DNA of 64,000 nucleotides from Roseomonas sp. GTDB taxonomy: Bacteria > Pseudomonadota > Alphaproteobacteria > Acetobacterales > Acetobacteraceae. The stretch covers positions 127,471-191,470 of the forward strand of contig JAPSLO010000008.1 in the NCBI GenBank assembly GCA_031180725.1. The letters run 5' to 3'. Positions within the stretch are counted from its first letter, which is position 1, and every line of letters begins with the position of its first letter. The position numbers and the translations under genes were made by a program. Below the pieces are notes generated by a model, which saw only the letters and a program-made list of their open reading frames with translations, did not search any database and was not told the DNA's origin. Below, piece after piece: positions 1 through 10,167 of this stretch.

Positions 1-3000
1 CCAGCATGCCGCCGAACACTGGCGTGCCCACTGCGCGGCGGGAGGCGCTGGCCGCGCCAGTGGCCACTACCAGCGGCACCAGGCCCAGGATGAAGGCCAC
101 CGAGGTCATCATCACCGCTCGGAAGCGCTGTCGCGCCCCCATGATCGCGGCGTCCCGGATGCCCATGCCCTCCTCGCGCCGCTCCTTGGCGAATTCCACG
201 ATCAGGATGCCGTTCTTCGCCGCCAGCGCGATCAGCACCACCAGGCCGATCTGCGCATAGACGTCGAGCGCCATCCCCGTGAACCAGATCGCCAGGAAGC
301 TGCCCAGCACGCCGACCGTGACGGACATCAGCACCGGCACCGGGATCACCCAGCTTTCGTACAGCGCCACCAGGAACAGGTAGGCGAAGAGCACGGCCAG
401 GGCGAGGATGATGCCGGTCTGGCCGCTGGCCAGCTTTTCCTGGAAGGCGGTGCCGGTCCATTCGAAGCTGTAGCCCTGCGGCAGGGTGCGCGCGGAGATC
501 TCTTCCATCGCCAGCAGCGAATCACCCGAGGAGACGCCAGGCGCCGCCGCGCCGCTGATCGAGACCGACCGCACGTTGTTGTAGCGGTTGATGGTCTGCG
601 GTCCCAGCACGATGCGCGCCGTGGCCAGCGAGCTGAGCGGCACCATTTCCCCGTTCGAATTGCGCACATGGATGCGCCAGAGGTCAGGGATGTCGTCGCG
701 GTCCGCCGCCTCACCCTGCAGATTCACCTGCCAGGACCGGCCATAGATGCTGAAGTCGTTGACATAGAAGCCGCCCAGCGTGGCTTGCAGCGCGGCAAAG
801 ATGTCGCTGATCCGCACCCCAAGGGACTGGGCCTTGTCGCGGTCCACATCCAGGAACAGGCTGGGCGTGTCGGCTGCGAAGGTGGAATAGACGCGCGTCA
901 GACGCGGATCCTGGTTGGCGGCAGCTACCAGACCCTGCATGGCGCTGGCCATCTCCTCCGGCGGGCGGCCTTCCAAGTTCTGCAACTGGTACTGGAAGCC
1001 CGAACCGGTGCCGAGGCCGATGATTGGCGGAATGTTGAAGGCGAAGCCGGCGGCGGTGCGGATCTGCTGCAGCCCGCCGAAGACGCGCCCGATCGCGGCA
1101 TAGACACTTTCGTTCGGCGCGGTGCGCTCCGCGAAGGGCTTCATGCGCACCACCAGGAAGGCGGCGTTGGACTGCGCGCCATTGTCCACCAGCGAGAAGC
1201 CGACGATGGACAGCACCTGCTCCACACCCGGGGTCGGGCGGATCAGCGCCTCGGCCTGCTCGACCACGGCGCGGGTACGGCCGAGGCTGGCGCCCTGCGG
1301 CAGTTGGAGCTGCACGAAGAAGGCACCCTGGTCCTCCTCTGGCAGGAAGCCCTGCGGCGTCTGGCGGGAAATGCCGTAGATCCCCACGCCAAGCCCGGCC
1401 GTGATCAGCAGCGAGATGATGGCGAGACGCACCAGCCGCGCCACCACCGCGCCATAGGCATCCCGCACCTTGTCGATGCCGCGCATGACCAGGCCCAGCG
1501 GCCCGCGCCGCGGCCCGTGATGCGGCCGCAGCACCAACGCGCAGAGCGCCGGCGAGAGCGTCAGCGCATTGATTGCCGAGATCACCATTGCCACGGAAAC
1601 GGTGACCGCGAACTGCGCGAAGAGCACGCCCGAGAGACCCGGGATGAAGCCCACCGGCACGAAGACCGAGAGCAGGACCAGCGTGATGGCGATGATCGGG
1701 CCGGTGATCTGGCCCATCGCCTTCTTGGTGGCCTCAGCGGGGGTCAGGTGGGGCTCCTCTTCCATCACCCGCTCGACATTCTCCACCACCACGATGGCAT
1801 CATCCACCACGATGCCGATGGCCAGCACCATGGCCAGCAGGTTCACCGTGTTGGCGCTGAAGCCCAGCAGCAGCAGCACCGCGAAAGTACCGATCAGGCT
1901 GACCGGCACCGCGATGGTCGGGATGATGGTGGCGCGCAGGCTGCCGAGGAACAGCAGCACCACGATCACCACCAGCACGAAGGCCTCGAGGAGGGTCTTG
2001 ATGACTTCGTGGATCGTGTCCTGGACGAAGGTGGAGGTGTCGTAGAGGGTCTGGTAGCTCATGCCCTCCGGGAAGGTGCGCGCCATCTCGTCCAGCGTGC
2101 GGGTCAGCGCGGCCGAGGCCTGCACGGCGTTCGCGCCAGGCGAGAGATAGGTACCGATAGTGATCACGGGCCGGCCGTCCAGCCGGCTCTCGGTGTCCAT
2201 CCGGGCGGCGCCGAGTTCAACCCGCGCCACGTCACGCACCCGCAGAAGCGAGCCCTGCGCATTGGCGCGGATGACGATGTCGCCGAACTCCTCGGGCGTG
2301 CTGAGGCGGCCCTTGGTCTGCAGGTTGATCTGATATTGCTGGTCGGAACTGATCGGCTGCGCACCGATGCGGCCCACCGCCGCCTGCACATTCTGCGCCT
2401 GGATCGCGGCGATGACGTCGGCGGGCGTCAGGTTCAGGCTGATCAGCCGGTCAGTCTCGAACCAGATGCGCATGGAATAGTCCATCGCGCCGAAGATGCT
2501 GGCCTGGCCGATGCCCGGCACGCGCGCCAGGCGGTCCAGGATGTTGATCGTCGCGTAGTTGGACAGGAAGAGCGGGTCGTGCTCCTCCTTCTCGGAGCGC
2601 AACGCAATGAACTGCAGCACGGCGGAGGATTGCTTGCGCACCGTCACGCCCGCGCGCTGGACTTCCTGCGGCAGACGCGCCAGTGCCGACTGCACGCGGT
2701 TGTTCACGTTCACCGTCGCGATGTCCGGGTTCGTGCCCAGGGCGAAGGAGACGGAGAGGTTGTAGGTGCCGTCATTGGCGCTGTTGGAAGACATGTAGAT
2801 CATGCCCTCCACGCCGTTTACGGCGCTTTCGATCACCTGCGCCACCGTCTGCTCCACGACGGAAGCGGAGGCGCCGGCGTAGGTGGTGCTGACGGAGACC
2901 TGAGGCGGCACGATGTTGGGAAACTGCGCCACGGGGATGCGCAGCATCGCCAGCCCGCCGGCCAGGGTCAGCAGGATGGAGATGACGATCGCTAACCTCG

Positions 3001-3028
3001 GGCGATCGACGAAGACGGAACTGATCAT
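1..3028 (-). CDS. RND efflux transporter permease subunit (AcrB/AcrD/AcrF family), 3' end runs off the window
   Basis: Manual translation from ATG 3028 gives [55 protein letters not shown], a typical AcrB-family N-terminus. A later TM segment ([20 protein letters not shown]) sits near 190-250. It is absent from the ORF track because its stop is outside the window. Confidence 0.95.
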   Translation of the reverse strand, partial: MISSVFVDRPRLAIVISILLTLAGGLAMLRIPVAQFPNIVPPQVSVSTTYAGASASVVEQTVAQVIESAVNGVEGMIYMSSNSANDGTYNLSVSFALGTNPDIATVNVNNRVQSALARLPQEVQRAGVTVRKQSSAVLQFIALRSEKEEHDPLFLSNYATINILDRLARVPGIGQASIFGAMDYSMRIWFETDRLISLNLTPADVIAAIQAQNVQAAVGRIGAQPISSDQQYQINLQTKGRLSTPEEFGDIVIRANAQGSLLRVRDVARVELGAARMDTESRLDGRPVITIGTYLSPGANAVQASAALTRTLDEMARTFPEGMSYQTLYDTSTFVQDTIHEVIKTLLEAFVLVVIVVLLFLGSLRATIIPTIAVPVSLIGTFAVLLLLGFSANTVNLLAMVLAIGIVVDDAIVVVENVERVMEEEPHLTPAEATKKAMGQITGPIIAITLVLLSVFVPVGFIPGLSGVLFAQFAVTVSVAMVISAINALTLSPALCALVLRPHHGPRRGPLGLVMRGIDKVRDAYGAVVARLVRLAIISLLITAGLGVGIYGISRQTPQGFLPEEDQGAFFVQLQLPQGASLGRTRAVVEQAEALIRPTPGVEQVLSIVGFSLVDNGAQSNAAFLVVRMKPFAERTAPNESVYAAIGRVFGGLQQIRTAAGFAFNIPPIIGLGTGSGFQYQLQNLEGRPPEEMASAMQGLVAAANQDPRLTRVYSTFAADTPSLFLDVDRDKAQSLGVRISDIFAALQATLGGFYVNDFSIYGRSWQVNLQGEAADRDDIPDLWRIHVRNSNGEMVPLSSLATARIVLGPQTINRYNNVRSVSISGAAAPGVSSGDSLLAMEEISARTLPQGYSFEWTGTAFQEKLASGQTGIILALAVLFAYLFLVALYESWVIPVPVLMSVTVGVLGSFLAIWFTGMALDVYAQIGLVVLIALAAKNGILIVEFAKERREEGMGIRDAAIMGARQRFRAVMMTSVAFILGLVPLVVATGAASASRRAVGTPVFGGML

Positions 3029-3034
3029 CTGCCG

Positions 3035-4207
3035 TCAGCCTTGCGGGGCGCCCTGGGCGCCGGGGCGCACCGTCGGCGGCTGTACGGGGCCGGGCTGCAC
3101 GGGCTGGCCTGGACGCACGCGCTGGACGCCTTCGGCCACCACACGTTCACCCCCTTCCAGCCCGCCTTCGACCACCACCTGATCGGCGATGCTGCGGCCA
3201 AGCTGCACGCCACGGCGCTGGGCCCGGTTCTCGCCATCTACCACGAAGACATAGTTGCCTGCCTGGTCCTGAAGCACCGCCGCGCGCGGGATCACCACCG
3301 CCTGCACCGGCTCCGCCCCCTCGACGAAGACGGAGACGAACATGCCGTCGATCAGGGGGCGGTCGGCAGTCCCCATCCCGACTCCCTCAATCGGCGGATT
3401 GTCGATCACGGCGCGCACCAGCACAGTATCCGTGCTGCGGTCCACCTGCGGATCGATGAAGTCGATGCGCCCGGCCGCGCCATGCAACTGTCCGTTCGGC
3501 AGCCGCACCCGCACGCGCACGGCATCGGAACCGCCCCGCGACGCGTAGCGGTCGCGCAGCTCCGACCCGGTGCGCAGCGAGACAGGGAAGCTGACACGCA
3601 TTGGATCCTGGCTGACGATGGTGGCTAGGGGTTCGCTGTTGGGCCCGACGACCGAGCCCACTGAATAGGTTGCGCGGCCAATCTTGCCGGCGACGGGGGC
3701 GGTGATCTCCGTATAGCCGAGGTTGATCTGCGCCACGCGCAAGGCGGCCTGGGCGCCCAGCAGATTGGCCTGGGCGGTGCGCTGTTGGGCCGTCGCCTCG
3801 TCCACGCGCTGCTGCGTGCCGGCGGAGGATCGCATCAGCTCCCGCGCGCGATTCAGGTTGAGCGTGGCGTTGGTCAGCTCCGCCTCGGCAGAGGCCACCT
3901 GCGCCTGGGCGCGCGCCACCTCGGCCTCGAAGGGCGCGCGTTCCAGGCGGAACAGCGGCTGGTTCGCTGCCACTTCCTGCCCTTCGCGGAACAGACGCTC
4001 TTGCAGGAAACCGGTGACGCGGGCGCGTAGATCAACGCGATTGATCGCCTCGATCCGGCCCACGAATTCCGATGTTTCGGTGACCGAGCGGCGTTCGGCG
4101 GCGATGACGCCGACGGCGGGCGGGCCCTGCGGGCCGAATTGTGCCGCGGCGGGCAGGGCCACCAGGATGAGCGGCGTCGCCACGAGCAGCAGGCGGACGT
4201 AGCGCAT
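3035..4207 (-). CDS. RND efflux periplasmic adaptor (membrane fusion protein)
   Basis: ORF 3035..4255, likely start MRYVRLLL at 4207. Contains VDLRARVTGFL, a helical hairpin and LGYTEITAPVAGKIG, and lies directly upstream of the RND permease. Confidence 0.93.
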   Translation of the reverse strand: MRYVRLLLVATPLILVALPAAAQFGPQGPPAVGVIAAERRSVTETSEFVGRIEAINRVDLRARVTGFLQERLFREGQEVAANQPLFRLERAPFEAEVARAQAQVASAEAELTNATLNLNRARELMRSSAGTQQRVDEATAQQRTAQANLLGAQAALRVAQINLGYTEITAPVAGKIGRATYSVGSVVGPNSEPLATIVSQDPMRVSFPVSLRTGSELRDRYASRGGSDAVRVRVRLPNGQLHGAAGRIDFIDPQVDRSTDTVLVRAVIDNPPIEGVGMGTADRPLIDGMFVSVFVEGAEPVQAVVIPRAAVLQDQAGNYVFVVDGENRAQRRGVQLGRSIADQVVVEGGLEGGERVVAEGVQRVRPGQPVQPGPVQPPTVRPGAQGAPQG

Positions 4208-4315
4208 GATGTTGTTCCAGTGGTTCGCGACATGCCAAACGCGGCCGCATCCCACCGTGAAGGCAGGGATGCGGCCGGAGCTGCACGCGCCAGTTCGTGT
4301 CTTCCCAGCAGTCCT

Positions 4316-4912
4316 TCAGCCAGCCGCGCGGGCTGATTCGAAGGCCTCGATCTCAGGCAGTAGAGTGAATGTAAAGCCGATCTCGTCAAGCCCGCGCAAC
4401 AGGCAGTCGCGCGCGAAGGGCGGGATCGTGAAGGTGTGCGCGGTCCCGTCAGGCGTCGTCAGCGTCTGTGCCGCCAGATCCACCGTGACTTGCGCGCCAG
4501 GGTTGGCATGCAACGTGGTACGCAGCGCAGTGCATTCGGCTTCCGGCAGACGTACCGGCAGCAACCCGTTCTTCAGTGAATTGTTGAAGAAGATGTCACC
4601 GAAGCTGTCCGCGACAACGCATCGAAACCCCAGCGCCTGCAGCGCATAGACCGCCGCCTCGCGCGATGATCCCACGCCGAAGTTGCGCCCGGCCACCAGG
4701 ATGCCGGCGCGGTCGAAGGGCGGGCGGTTCAGGATGAAATCCTCGCGCACCATCCCTTCCGGCGTGAAGCGCAGGTCGTGGAAACCGTATTGCGCATAGC
4801 GCTCATCACGCGGCCGCCGCATGAAGCGCGCGGGCATGATCTGATCAGTGTCCACATTCGCCATCTCGAGCGGCGCGGCGATGGCGGTAAGACGGGTGAA
4901 GGGCTCAGGCAC
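4316..4912 (-). CDS. 3-isopropylmalate dehydratase small subunit-like protein (LeuD paralogue)
   Basis: NVDTDQIMP and GRNFGVGSSREAA motifs. GTG start at 4912, 4 nt after the LeuC-like stop. Confidence 0.88.
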   Translation of the reverse strand: MPEPFTRLTAIAAPLEMANVDTDQIMPARFMRRPRDERYAQYGFHDLRFTPEGMVREDFILNRPPFDRAGILVAGRNFGVGSSREAAVYALQALGFRCVVADSFGDIFFNNSLKNGLLPVRLPEAECTALRTTLHANPGAQVTVDLAAQTLTTPDGTAHTFTIPPFARDCLLRGLDEIGFTFTLLPEIEAFESARAAG

Positions 4913-4916
4913 GGTG

Positions 4917-6281
4917 TCAGACCTCCGCCGCCACCAGCCGCCCCGCAAGTGCCGAGGCCGCAGCGGAAGCGGGCGAAACCAGGTGCGTGCGCGCCCCGCG
5001 CCCCTGTCGCCCGCGGAAATTCCGGTTGGAGGTGGAGGCGCAACGCTCGCCTTCGCCGACGCTGTCGCCGTTCATGGAGACACATAGCGAGCAGCCGCTC
5101 TCCTCCCAGCTCGCCCCGGCCTCGGTGAAGATGCGGTCGAGCCCTTCCGCCTCCGCGGCGCGCTTCACGCTGGATGATCCAGGCGAGACCAGCATCGGCA
5201 CCGCGATGCGCTTGCCTTTCACCACGGCCGCGGCCTCGCGGAGATCCTCGATGCGGGAATTGGTGCAGGACCCCAGGAAGACGCGGTCCAGCCGCACATC
5301 CGCCAGGCGTTCGCCGCCCTTGAGGCCCATATAGTCCAGGCTCGCCGCCCAGGTGGCGCGACGCGCGGCATCCGGCGCCTCCTCCGGCTTCGGCACGTGG
5401 CCGTGCAGCGGCACGGCCTCCTCCGGGCTGGTGCCCCAGGTGGCCATGGGCGAAATGTGCGTGGCGTCCAGCGACACTTCCGTGTTGAAACGGGCATCGG
5501 GGTCGCTGTGCAGGTCGCTGATGTCCACGGGCTTGGCGAAGGGGCGGCCACGCAGCCATTCCATCGTCACCGCATCGGGCGCCACCATGCCGGTGCGCGC
5601 GCCGGCCTCGATCGCCATGTTGCACAGCGTCAGCCGACCTTCGACCGAAAGGCCACGCACCGCCTCGCCGGCGAATTCGATGGCACCGCCGAGCGCGCCG
5701 CCGGTGCCGATCCGCGCGATCAGCGCCAGCGCCATGTCCTTCGCCGTGGCGCCAGCCGGCAGGGTGCCGGCGAAGGTCACGCGGATCTGGCGCGGCATGG
5801 TCTGCCAGATGGTTTGGGTAGCGAAGACATGTGCCACTTCGCTGGCGCCGATGCCGAAGGCCAGCGCCCCCAGCGCGCCGTGAGAGGAGGTATGGCTATC
5901 GCCGCAGACCAGGATCATGCCCGGCAGGGTCAGGCCCAGTTCCGGACCGGCGACATGCACGATGCCCTGCAAGGGATCGGCCAGCTCGAAGGCGCGAATC
6001 CCGGCTTCCTTCGCATTGCGCTCGAAGGTCTCGATGATGCCGCGGATCTCGGGGTCGGCGATGGCGCCGGTCGAGCGGGCACGGGTCGGGGCGTAGTGGT
6101 CGCCGAAGCCGAAGGAAAGGTCCGGCCGGCGCACCTTCAGGCCGCGGGCGCGGAGCATGTTGAAGGCATGGAAGCTGCCCTCGTGGAAGTAGTGCCGGTC
6201 CACATAGAGCAGGCAGAGCCCGTCTTCCCGGCGATGGACGACATGCGCGTCCCAGATCTTGGTGAACAATGTCCTGGGCAT
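4917..6281 (-). CDS. 3-isopropylmalate dehydratase large subunit-like protein (aconitase family, LeuC paralogue)
   Basis: MPRTLFTKIWDAHVV start, CGDSHTSSHGA, and Fe-S cysteines in FLGSCTNSR and SGCSLCVSMN. Confidence 0.9.
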   Translation of the reverse strand: MPRTLFTKIWDAHVVHRREDGLCLLYVDRHYFHEGSFHAFNMLRARGLKVRRPDLSFGFGDHYAPTRARSTGAIADPEIRGIIETFERNAKEAGIRAFELADPLQGIVHVAGPELGLTLPGMILVCGDSHTSSHGALGALAFGIGASEVAHVFATQTIWQTMPRQIRVTFAGTLPAGATAKDMALALIARIGTGGALGGAIEFAGEAVRGLSVEGRLTLCNMAIEAGARTGMVAPDAVTMEWLRGRPFAKPVDISDLHSDPDARFNTEVSLDATHISPMATWGTSPEEAVPLHGHVPKPEEAPDAARRATWAASLDYMGLKGGERLADVRLDRVFLGSCTNSRIEDLREAAAVVKGKRIAVPMLVSPGSSSVKRAAEAEGLDRIFTEAGASWEESGCSLCVSMNGDSVGEGERCASTSNRNFRGRQGRGARTHLVSPASAAASALAGRLVAAEV

Positions 6282-6345
6282 GATCCCTGGAAGCTGCGTC
6301 CGCCATGGCTGGACCGCAAGGGGTGGGCGGGGGCAGGTTGCGCGC

Positions 6346-7233
6346 ATGTGGTTCGACCCGCCAAAGGCCGTCACGGCTAACCTGCTGTCCCGCCTGCCGG
6401 ATGCGCTGCGGCGGCCCCGCCCTTCGGCCTGGGCCGAGGCGAACCGGGACGGGGCGCCAGTGGACAGCTTCCTGGAAGGCCCCTGCTTCGACGGGGCGGG
6501 CAACCTGTTCTGCGTGGACGTCCCCCATGGCCGCGTCTTCCGTGTCTCCGGCAGCCATTGGGAGGTGGTGGCTGAATATGAGGGCTGGCCCAACGGCCTG
6601 GCCCGGCGCGGGGAGGAACTGATGGTTGCCGACCACCGCCATGGGTTGCTGGCGCTGGATCCGCGCGATGGCGCCATGGCCCCGTTGCTGGAAACGCTGC
6701 GCGGCGAGGCCTTCCGCGGACTGAACGACGTGATTCCGCACCCGGATGGCTCTCTGCTGTTCACCGACCAGGGCCAGACCGGCCTGCAGGACCCTTCTGG
6801 CCGGGTCTATCGGCTGCATGCGGACGGCCGGCTTGACCGGCTGATCGGCAACGGTCCCAGCCCGAACGGGCTCGCCCTGAACCGCGCGGCCAGCCACCTG
6901 CATGTGGCGATGACCCGAAGCTGTGAGGTGTGGCGCTTCGCCCTGCGGCCGGATGCGGTGGTGGGCCAGGCCAACCTGTTCTTCCGCGCCCCCGCCGGCA
7001 CATCCGGCCCGGACGGCTTGGCGATGGATGCGCATGACAGGCTTTTCGTCGCCAATCCCGGCCATGGCCAAGTCTGGGTGGTGGACCCGCACGGCGTCTG
7101 CACGCATCGTGTGGATTGCACCCCCTTCGGCCGCATGCCGACGAATCTGACGCTGGCGCCGGACGGCCAGACGCTGGTGATCACGGAAAGCCAGTCCGGC
7201 AGCCTCTTGGCCGCCGAGATCCCTGCCCCCTGA
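6346..7233 (+). CDS. SMP-30/gluconolactonase/LRE family protein
   Basis: FLEGP, WPNGL, LNDV, SPNGL and GPDGL beta-propeller motifs. ATG at 6346, divergent from the leuC-like gene. Confidence 0.9.
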   Translation: MWFDPPKAVTANLLSRLPDALRRPRPSAWAEANRDGAPVDSFLEGPCFDGAGNLFCVDVPHGRVFRVSGSHWEVVAEYEGWPNGLARRGEELMVADHRHGLLALDPRDGAMAPLLETLRGEAFRGLNDVIPHPDGSLLFTDQGQTGLQDPSGRVYRLHADGRLDRLIGNGPSPNGLALNRAASHLHVAMTRSCEVWRFALRPDAVVGQANLFFRAPAGTSGPDGLAMDAHDRLFVANPGHGQVWVVDPHGVCTHRVDCTPFGRMPTNLTLAPDGQTLVITESQSGSLLAAEIPAP

Positions 7234-7243
7234 CCTGTGGCGC

Positions 7244-7298
7244 TTGACGCGGTTCAGCCAGGCTCACATCTACATCCCGGCATTAGAACGTCGTTCTA
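7244..7298 (+). promoter_or_regulatory. sigma70-like -35 (TTGACG) and 15-bp palindrome TAGAAC-GTC-GTTCTA, candidate IclR operator
   Basis: TTGACG at 7244-7249 and a perfect dyad at 7284-7298, upstream of the IclR gene. Confidence 0.5.
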
Positions 7299-7344
7299 TG
7301 GAACAGAATGCCGCCTGGAGCGCTCACGAACTCGGTCCGGTCGG

Positions 7345-8055
7345 ATGACAGCCGCCCCCCTGCCCGGCCCTGAGGCCAACCCGCCCCCTCTGGCCCCGCA
7401 CGAGCAGGGCGTGGCCGCGGTGGATCGCGCCCTGTCTCTGCTGGCCGCCTTCCGGGACGGCGAGGCAGCACTCAGCTTGGCCGAGCTCGCCGCCCGGACG
7501 GGACTCTACAAGAGCACCATCCTCCGGCTCCTGGCGTCGCTGGAGCGACACCGCTGCGTGGAACGCCAGGCGGATGCGCGCTGGGCGCTGGGGCCGATGC
7601 TGTTCCGCTGGGGCAGCCTTTATGCCCGTGCCCGGCCGGTGGAGCGTCAGCTGCCCGCGGCGCTCCGCGCCTTGGCCGAGGCCAGCGGCGAGACGGCCAG
7701 CTTCTGGGTCCGCCATGGTGCGCACCGCCTCTGCCTGGCGCGCGTAAGGGCGCCGAACCCGATTCGGGACGACATGAACGAGGGCGATCTGCTGCCCCTG
7801 CCCGCCGGCGCCGGCGGCCGGGTGCTCGCCGCGCTGGACCCGCGCGCGCTCGGCACGATCGCCACCTTCGGGGAACGCAATCCGGAGACAGCGGCGGTGG
7901 CCGCTGCCGTCTTTGGCCCGGGTGGCGCGCTGGCCGGCGCCATCGGCATCTCCGGCCCGCGGGACCGCGTGGCAGCGCGCCAGGCGGCACACCGTGTCTC
8001 GGTAGCCACCGCTGCCATGGAACTCACCCGCCGCCTCGGCGGCGATCTGGGATGA
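7345..8055 (+). CDS. IclR family transcriptional regulator
   Basis: AVDRALSLL...LSLAELAARTGLYKSTILRLL HTH and a C-terminal AAAVFGPGGALAGAIGISGP effector domain. Confidence 0.93.
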   Translation: MTAAPLPGPEANPPPLAPHEQGVAAVDRALSLLAAFRDGEAALSLAELAARTGLYKSTILRLLASLERHRCVERQADARWALGPMLFRWGSLYARARPVERQLPAALRALAEASGETASFWVRHGAHRLCLARVRAPNPIRDDMNEGDLLPLPAGAGGRVLAALDPRALGTIATFGERNPETAAVAAAVFGPGGALAGAIGISGPRDRVAARQAAHRVSVATAAMELTRRLGGDLG

Positions 8056-8056
8056 C

Positions 8057-8986
8057 ATGCAGATGACACGCGACGTGACGGTCAGCGAGGTCGGCCCACG
8101 CGACGGGCTGCAGATGGTGCGGCATGTGGTGCCGACAGCGACCAAGCTGCGCTGGATCGCCGCGCTGCACGCCGCCGGCCTGCCAGAGATTGAGGTGGCC
8201 AGCTTCGTGCCGCCGAATCTGGTGCCGCAGATGGCCGATGCGGCAGAGGTGACGCGCTTCGCCACCACCCTGCCCGGTTTGCATGTCGCCGTGCTGGCCC
8301 CGAATCTGCGCGGCGCCGAAGCCGCAGTGGCCGCCGGCGCGCACAAGATCACCCTGACCCTTTCGGCCAGCGAAGCGCACAGCCGTGCCAATCTGCGCCG
8401 AAGCCGCGCGGAGCAGATGCAGGTGGCGAAGGACGCCGCCGCTTATGTACTGTCCTTGCCCGGCAAGCGCCCCAGTCTGGAAGCCGGCATCAGCACCGCC
8501 TTCGGCTGCTCCATCCAGGGCGAGGTGCCGGAAGCGGATGTGGTGCAGATGGCGGTGGCACTGGCCGAGGCTGGCTTCGATTCCATCGGCCTCTCCGATA
8601 CCAGCGGCTATGCCAATCCGCAGCAGGTCCGCCGCCTGCTGCGCGCCGTGCGGACCGAGATCGGCGCGCGCTGCGACAGCCTGCACCTGCACGACACCAT
8701 GGGTCTCGGCCTGGCGAACGTGACCGTAAGCGTGGAGGAGGGCATCCGGATCTTCGATTCCGCCCTGGCGGGCCTCGGCGGCTGCCCCTTCGCGCCCGGC
8801 GCTTCTGGCAACATCGTGACGGAGGACCTAGTCTTTCTGCTGGAATCGCTCGGGCTCCGCACCGGCGTTTCGCTGGAAGCGCTGATGGAGGCGCGGCGCA
8901 TCCTGGCCGAAGCGCTACCCGACGAACCGCTGCACGGCGCCTTCGCCCGCGCCGGCCGCCCGACCGGTTGGAAGGAAGCCGCATGA
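8057..8986 (+). CDS. HMG-CoA lyase family protein
   Basis: EVGPRDGLQ, LHLHDT and GLGGCPFAPGASGNI motifs. Confidence 0.92.
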   Translation: MQMTRDVTVSEVGPRDGLQMVRHVVPTATKLRWIAALHAAGLPEIEVASFVPPNLVPQMADAAEVTRFATTLPGLHVAVLAPNLRGAEAAVAAGAHKITLTLSASEAHSRANLRRSRAEQMQVAKDAAAYVLSLPGKRPSLEAGISTAFGCSIQGEVPEADVVQMAVALAEAGFDSIGLSDTSGYANPQQVRRLLRAVRTEIGARCDSLHLHDTMGLGLANVTVSVEEGIRIFDSALAGLGGCPFAPGASGNIVTEDLVFLLESLGLRTGVSLEALMEARRILAEALPDEPLHGAFARAGRPTGWKEAA

Positions 8987-10164
8987 CCTCCCCTACCCCG
9001 CTGAAGGGGCTCCACGTCGTCGAGTTCACGCACATGGTCATGGGTCCGACGGTCGGCATGGTGCTGGCCGATCTCGGCGCCGATGTGGTGAAGGTGGAAC
9101 CCGCACCGAAGGGCGACACCACGCGGCACCTTACCGGTTCCGGCACCGGCTTCTACGCCGCCTTCGGCCGCGGCCGCCGCAGCCTGGCCATCGACATGAA
9201 GACGCCCGAGGGCATGGCGCTTGTGCGCCGGCTGGTCGCGCGCGCCGATGTCCTGGTGGAGAATTTCCGGCCTGGCGCCATGGCCCGGCTCGGCCTCGGC
9301 TATGCGCAACTCAAGGAGACGCATCCGCGCCTGATCTATTGCTCCTGCAAAGGCTTCCTGCCCGGCCCCTATGAGCATCGCACCGCGCTAGACGAGGTCG
9401 TGCAGATGATGGGCGGCCTAGCCTATATGACCGGGCTGCAGGGCCGGCCACTGCGCGCGGGCTCCAGTGTCATCGACATCATGGGCGGGCTTTCGGCCGT
9501 CATCGGCATCCTCGCCGCGCTGCGCGAAAGGGAGAGCACCGGTGAGGGCGGCGAGGTCCAGGCCGGGTTGTTCGAGACGGTAGCGCTGCTGATGGCGCAG
9601 CACATGGCACAGACCGCCATCACCGGCACGGCGCCGCTGCCCATGTCGGTGCGCACCCCGGCTTGGCCGGTGTACGACATCTTCGACACCGCCGATGGCG
9701 GCCAGGTCTTCGTCGGCGTGGTCACCGACACCCAGTGGCCGGATTTCTGCCGCGCCTTCGGGCTGGAGGACCTGGCCGCCGACCCGTCACTCGCCACCAA
9801 GCAGCAGCGCGTGGCCGCGCGGGACCGCACCCTGCCCCGCATCGCCGCGGAACTGCGCCGCTGGACCAAGTCCGACCTGATGGCGAAATGCGAGGCGCTG
9901 GGCCTTCCCTTCGCGCCAATCGGCAAGCCGGCCGACCTGTTCGAGGATCCGCATCTGAAGGGCTCTGGTGGGCTGGTGCCGCTGACACTGCCGGATGGCA
10001 GCCGGGTGGAGCTGCCCGCCCTGCCCGTCTCGCTGGATGGTACCCGCCCCACCGGCGGCGATCTGCGTCCGCCTGGTGCGGATGGGGACAGCGTGGCCCG
10101 GGAACTGGGCTATGCGCCGGACGAGATCGCGGAGCTCCGCGCCCGCGGCATCCTCACAAGCTGA
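8983..10164 (+). CDS. CaiB/BaiF family III CoA-transferase
   Basis: PLKGLHVVEF, GADVVKVE, ADVLVENFRPG and ALDEVVQ motifs. ATGA overlap with the upstream lyase. Confidence 0.93.
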   Translation: MTSPTPLKGLHVVEFTHMVMGPTVGMVLADLGADVVKVEPAPKGDTTRHLTGSGTGFYAAFGRGRRSLAIDMKTPEGMALVRRLVARADVLVENFRPGAMARLGLGYAQLKETHPRLIYCSCKGFLPGPYEHRTALDEVVQMMGGLAYMTGLQGRPLRAGSSVIDIMGGLSAVIGILAALRERESTGEGGEVQAGLFETVALLMAQHMAQTAITGTAPLPMSVRTPAWPVYDIFDTADGGQVFVGVVTDTQWPDFCRAFGLEDLAADPSLATKQQRVAARDRTLPRIAAELRRWTKSDLMAKCEALGLPFAPIGKPADLFEDPHLKGSGGLVPLTLPDGSRVELPALPVSLDGTRPTGGDLRPPGADGDSVARELGYAPDEIAELRARGILTS

Positions 10165-10167
10165 TTC

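Noticed and set aside
668-2995. 775-aa plus-strand ORF and many other long antisense or alternate-frame ORFs (for example 25193-26779, 27481-29526, 35274-37412, 50446-52251, 59796-62534)
   Set aside because: They shadow well-supported genes on the opposite strand or frame. This is expected in ~70% GC DNA, and they contain no recognisable motifs.
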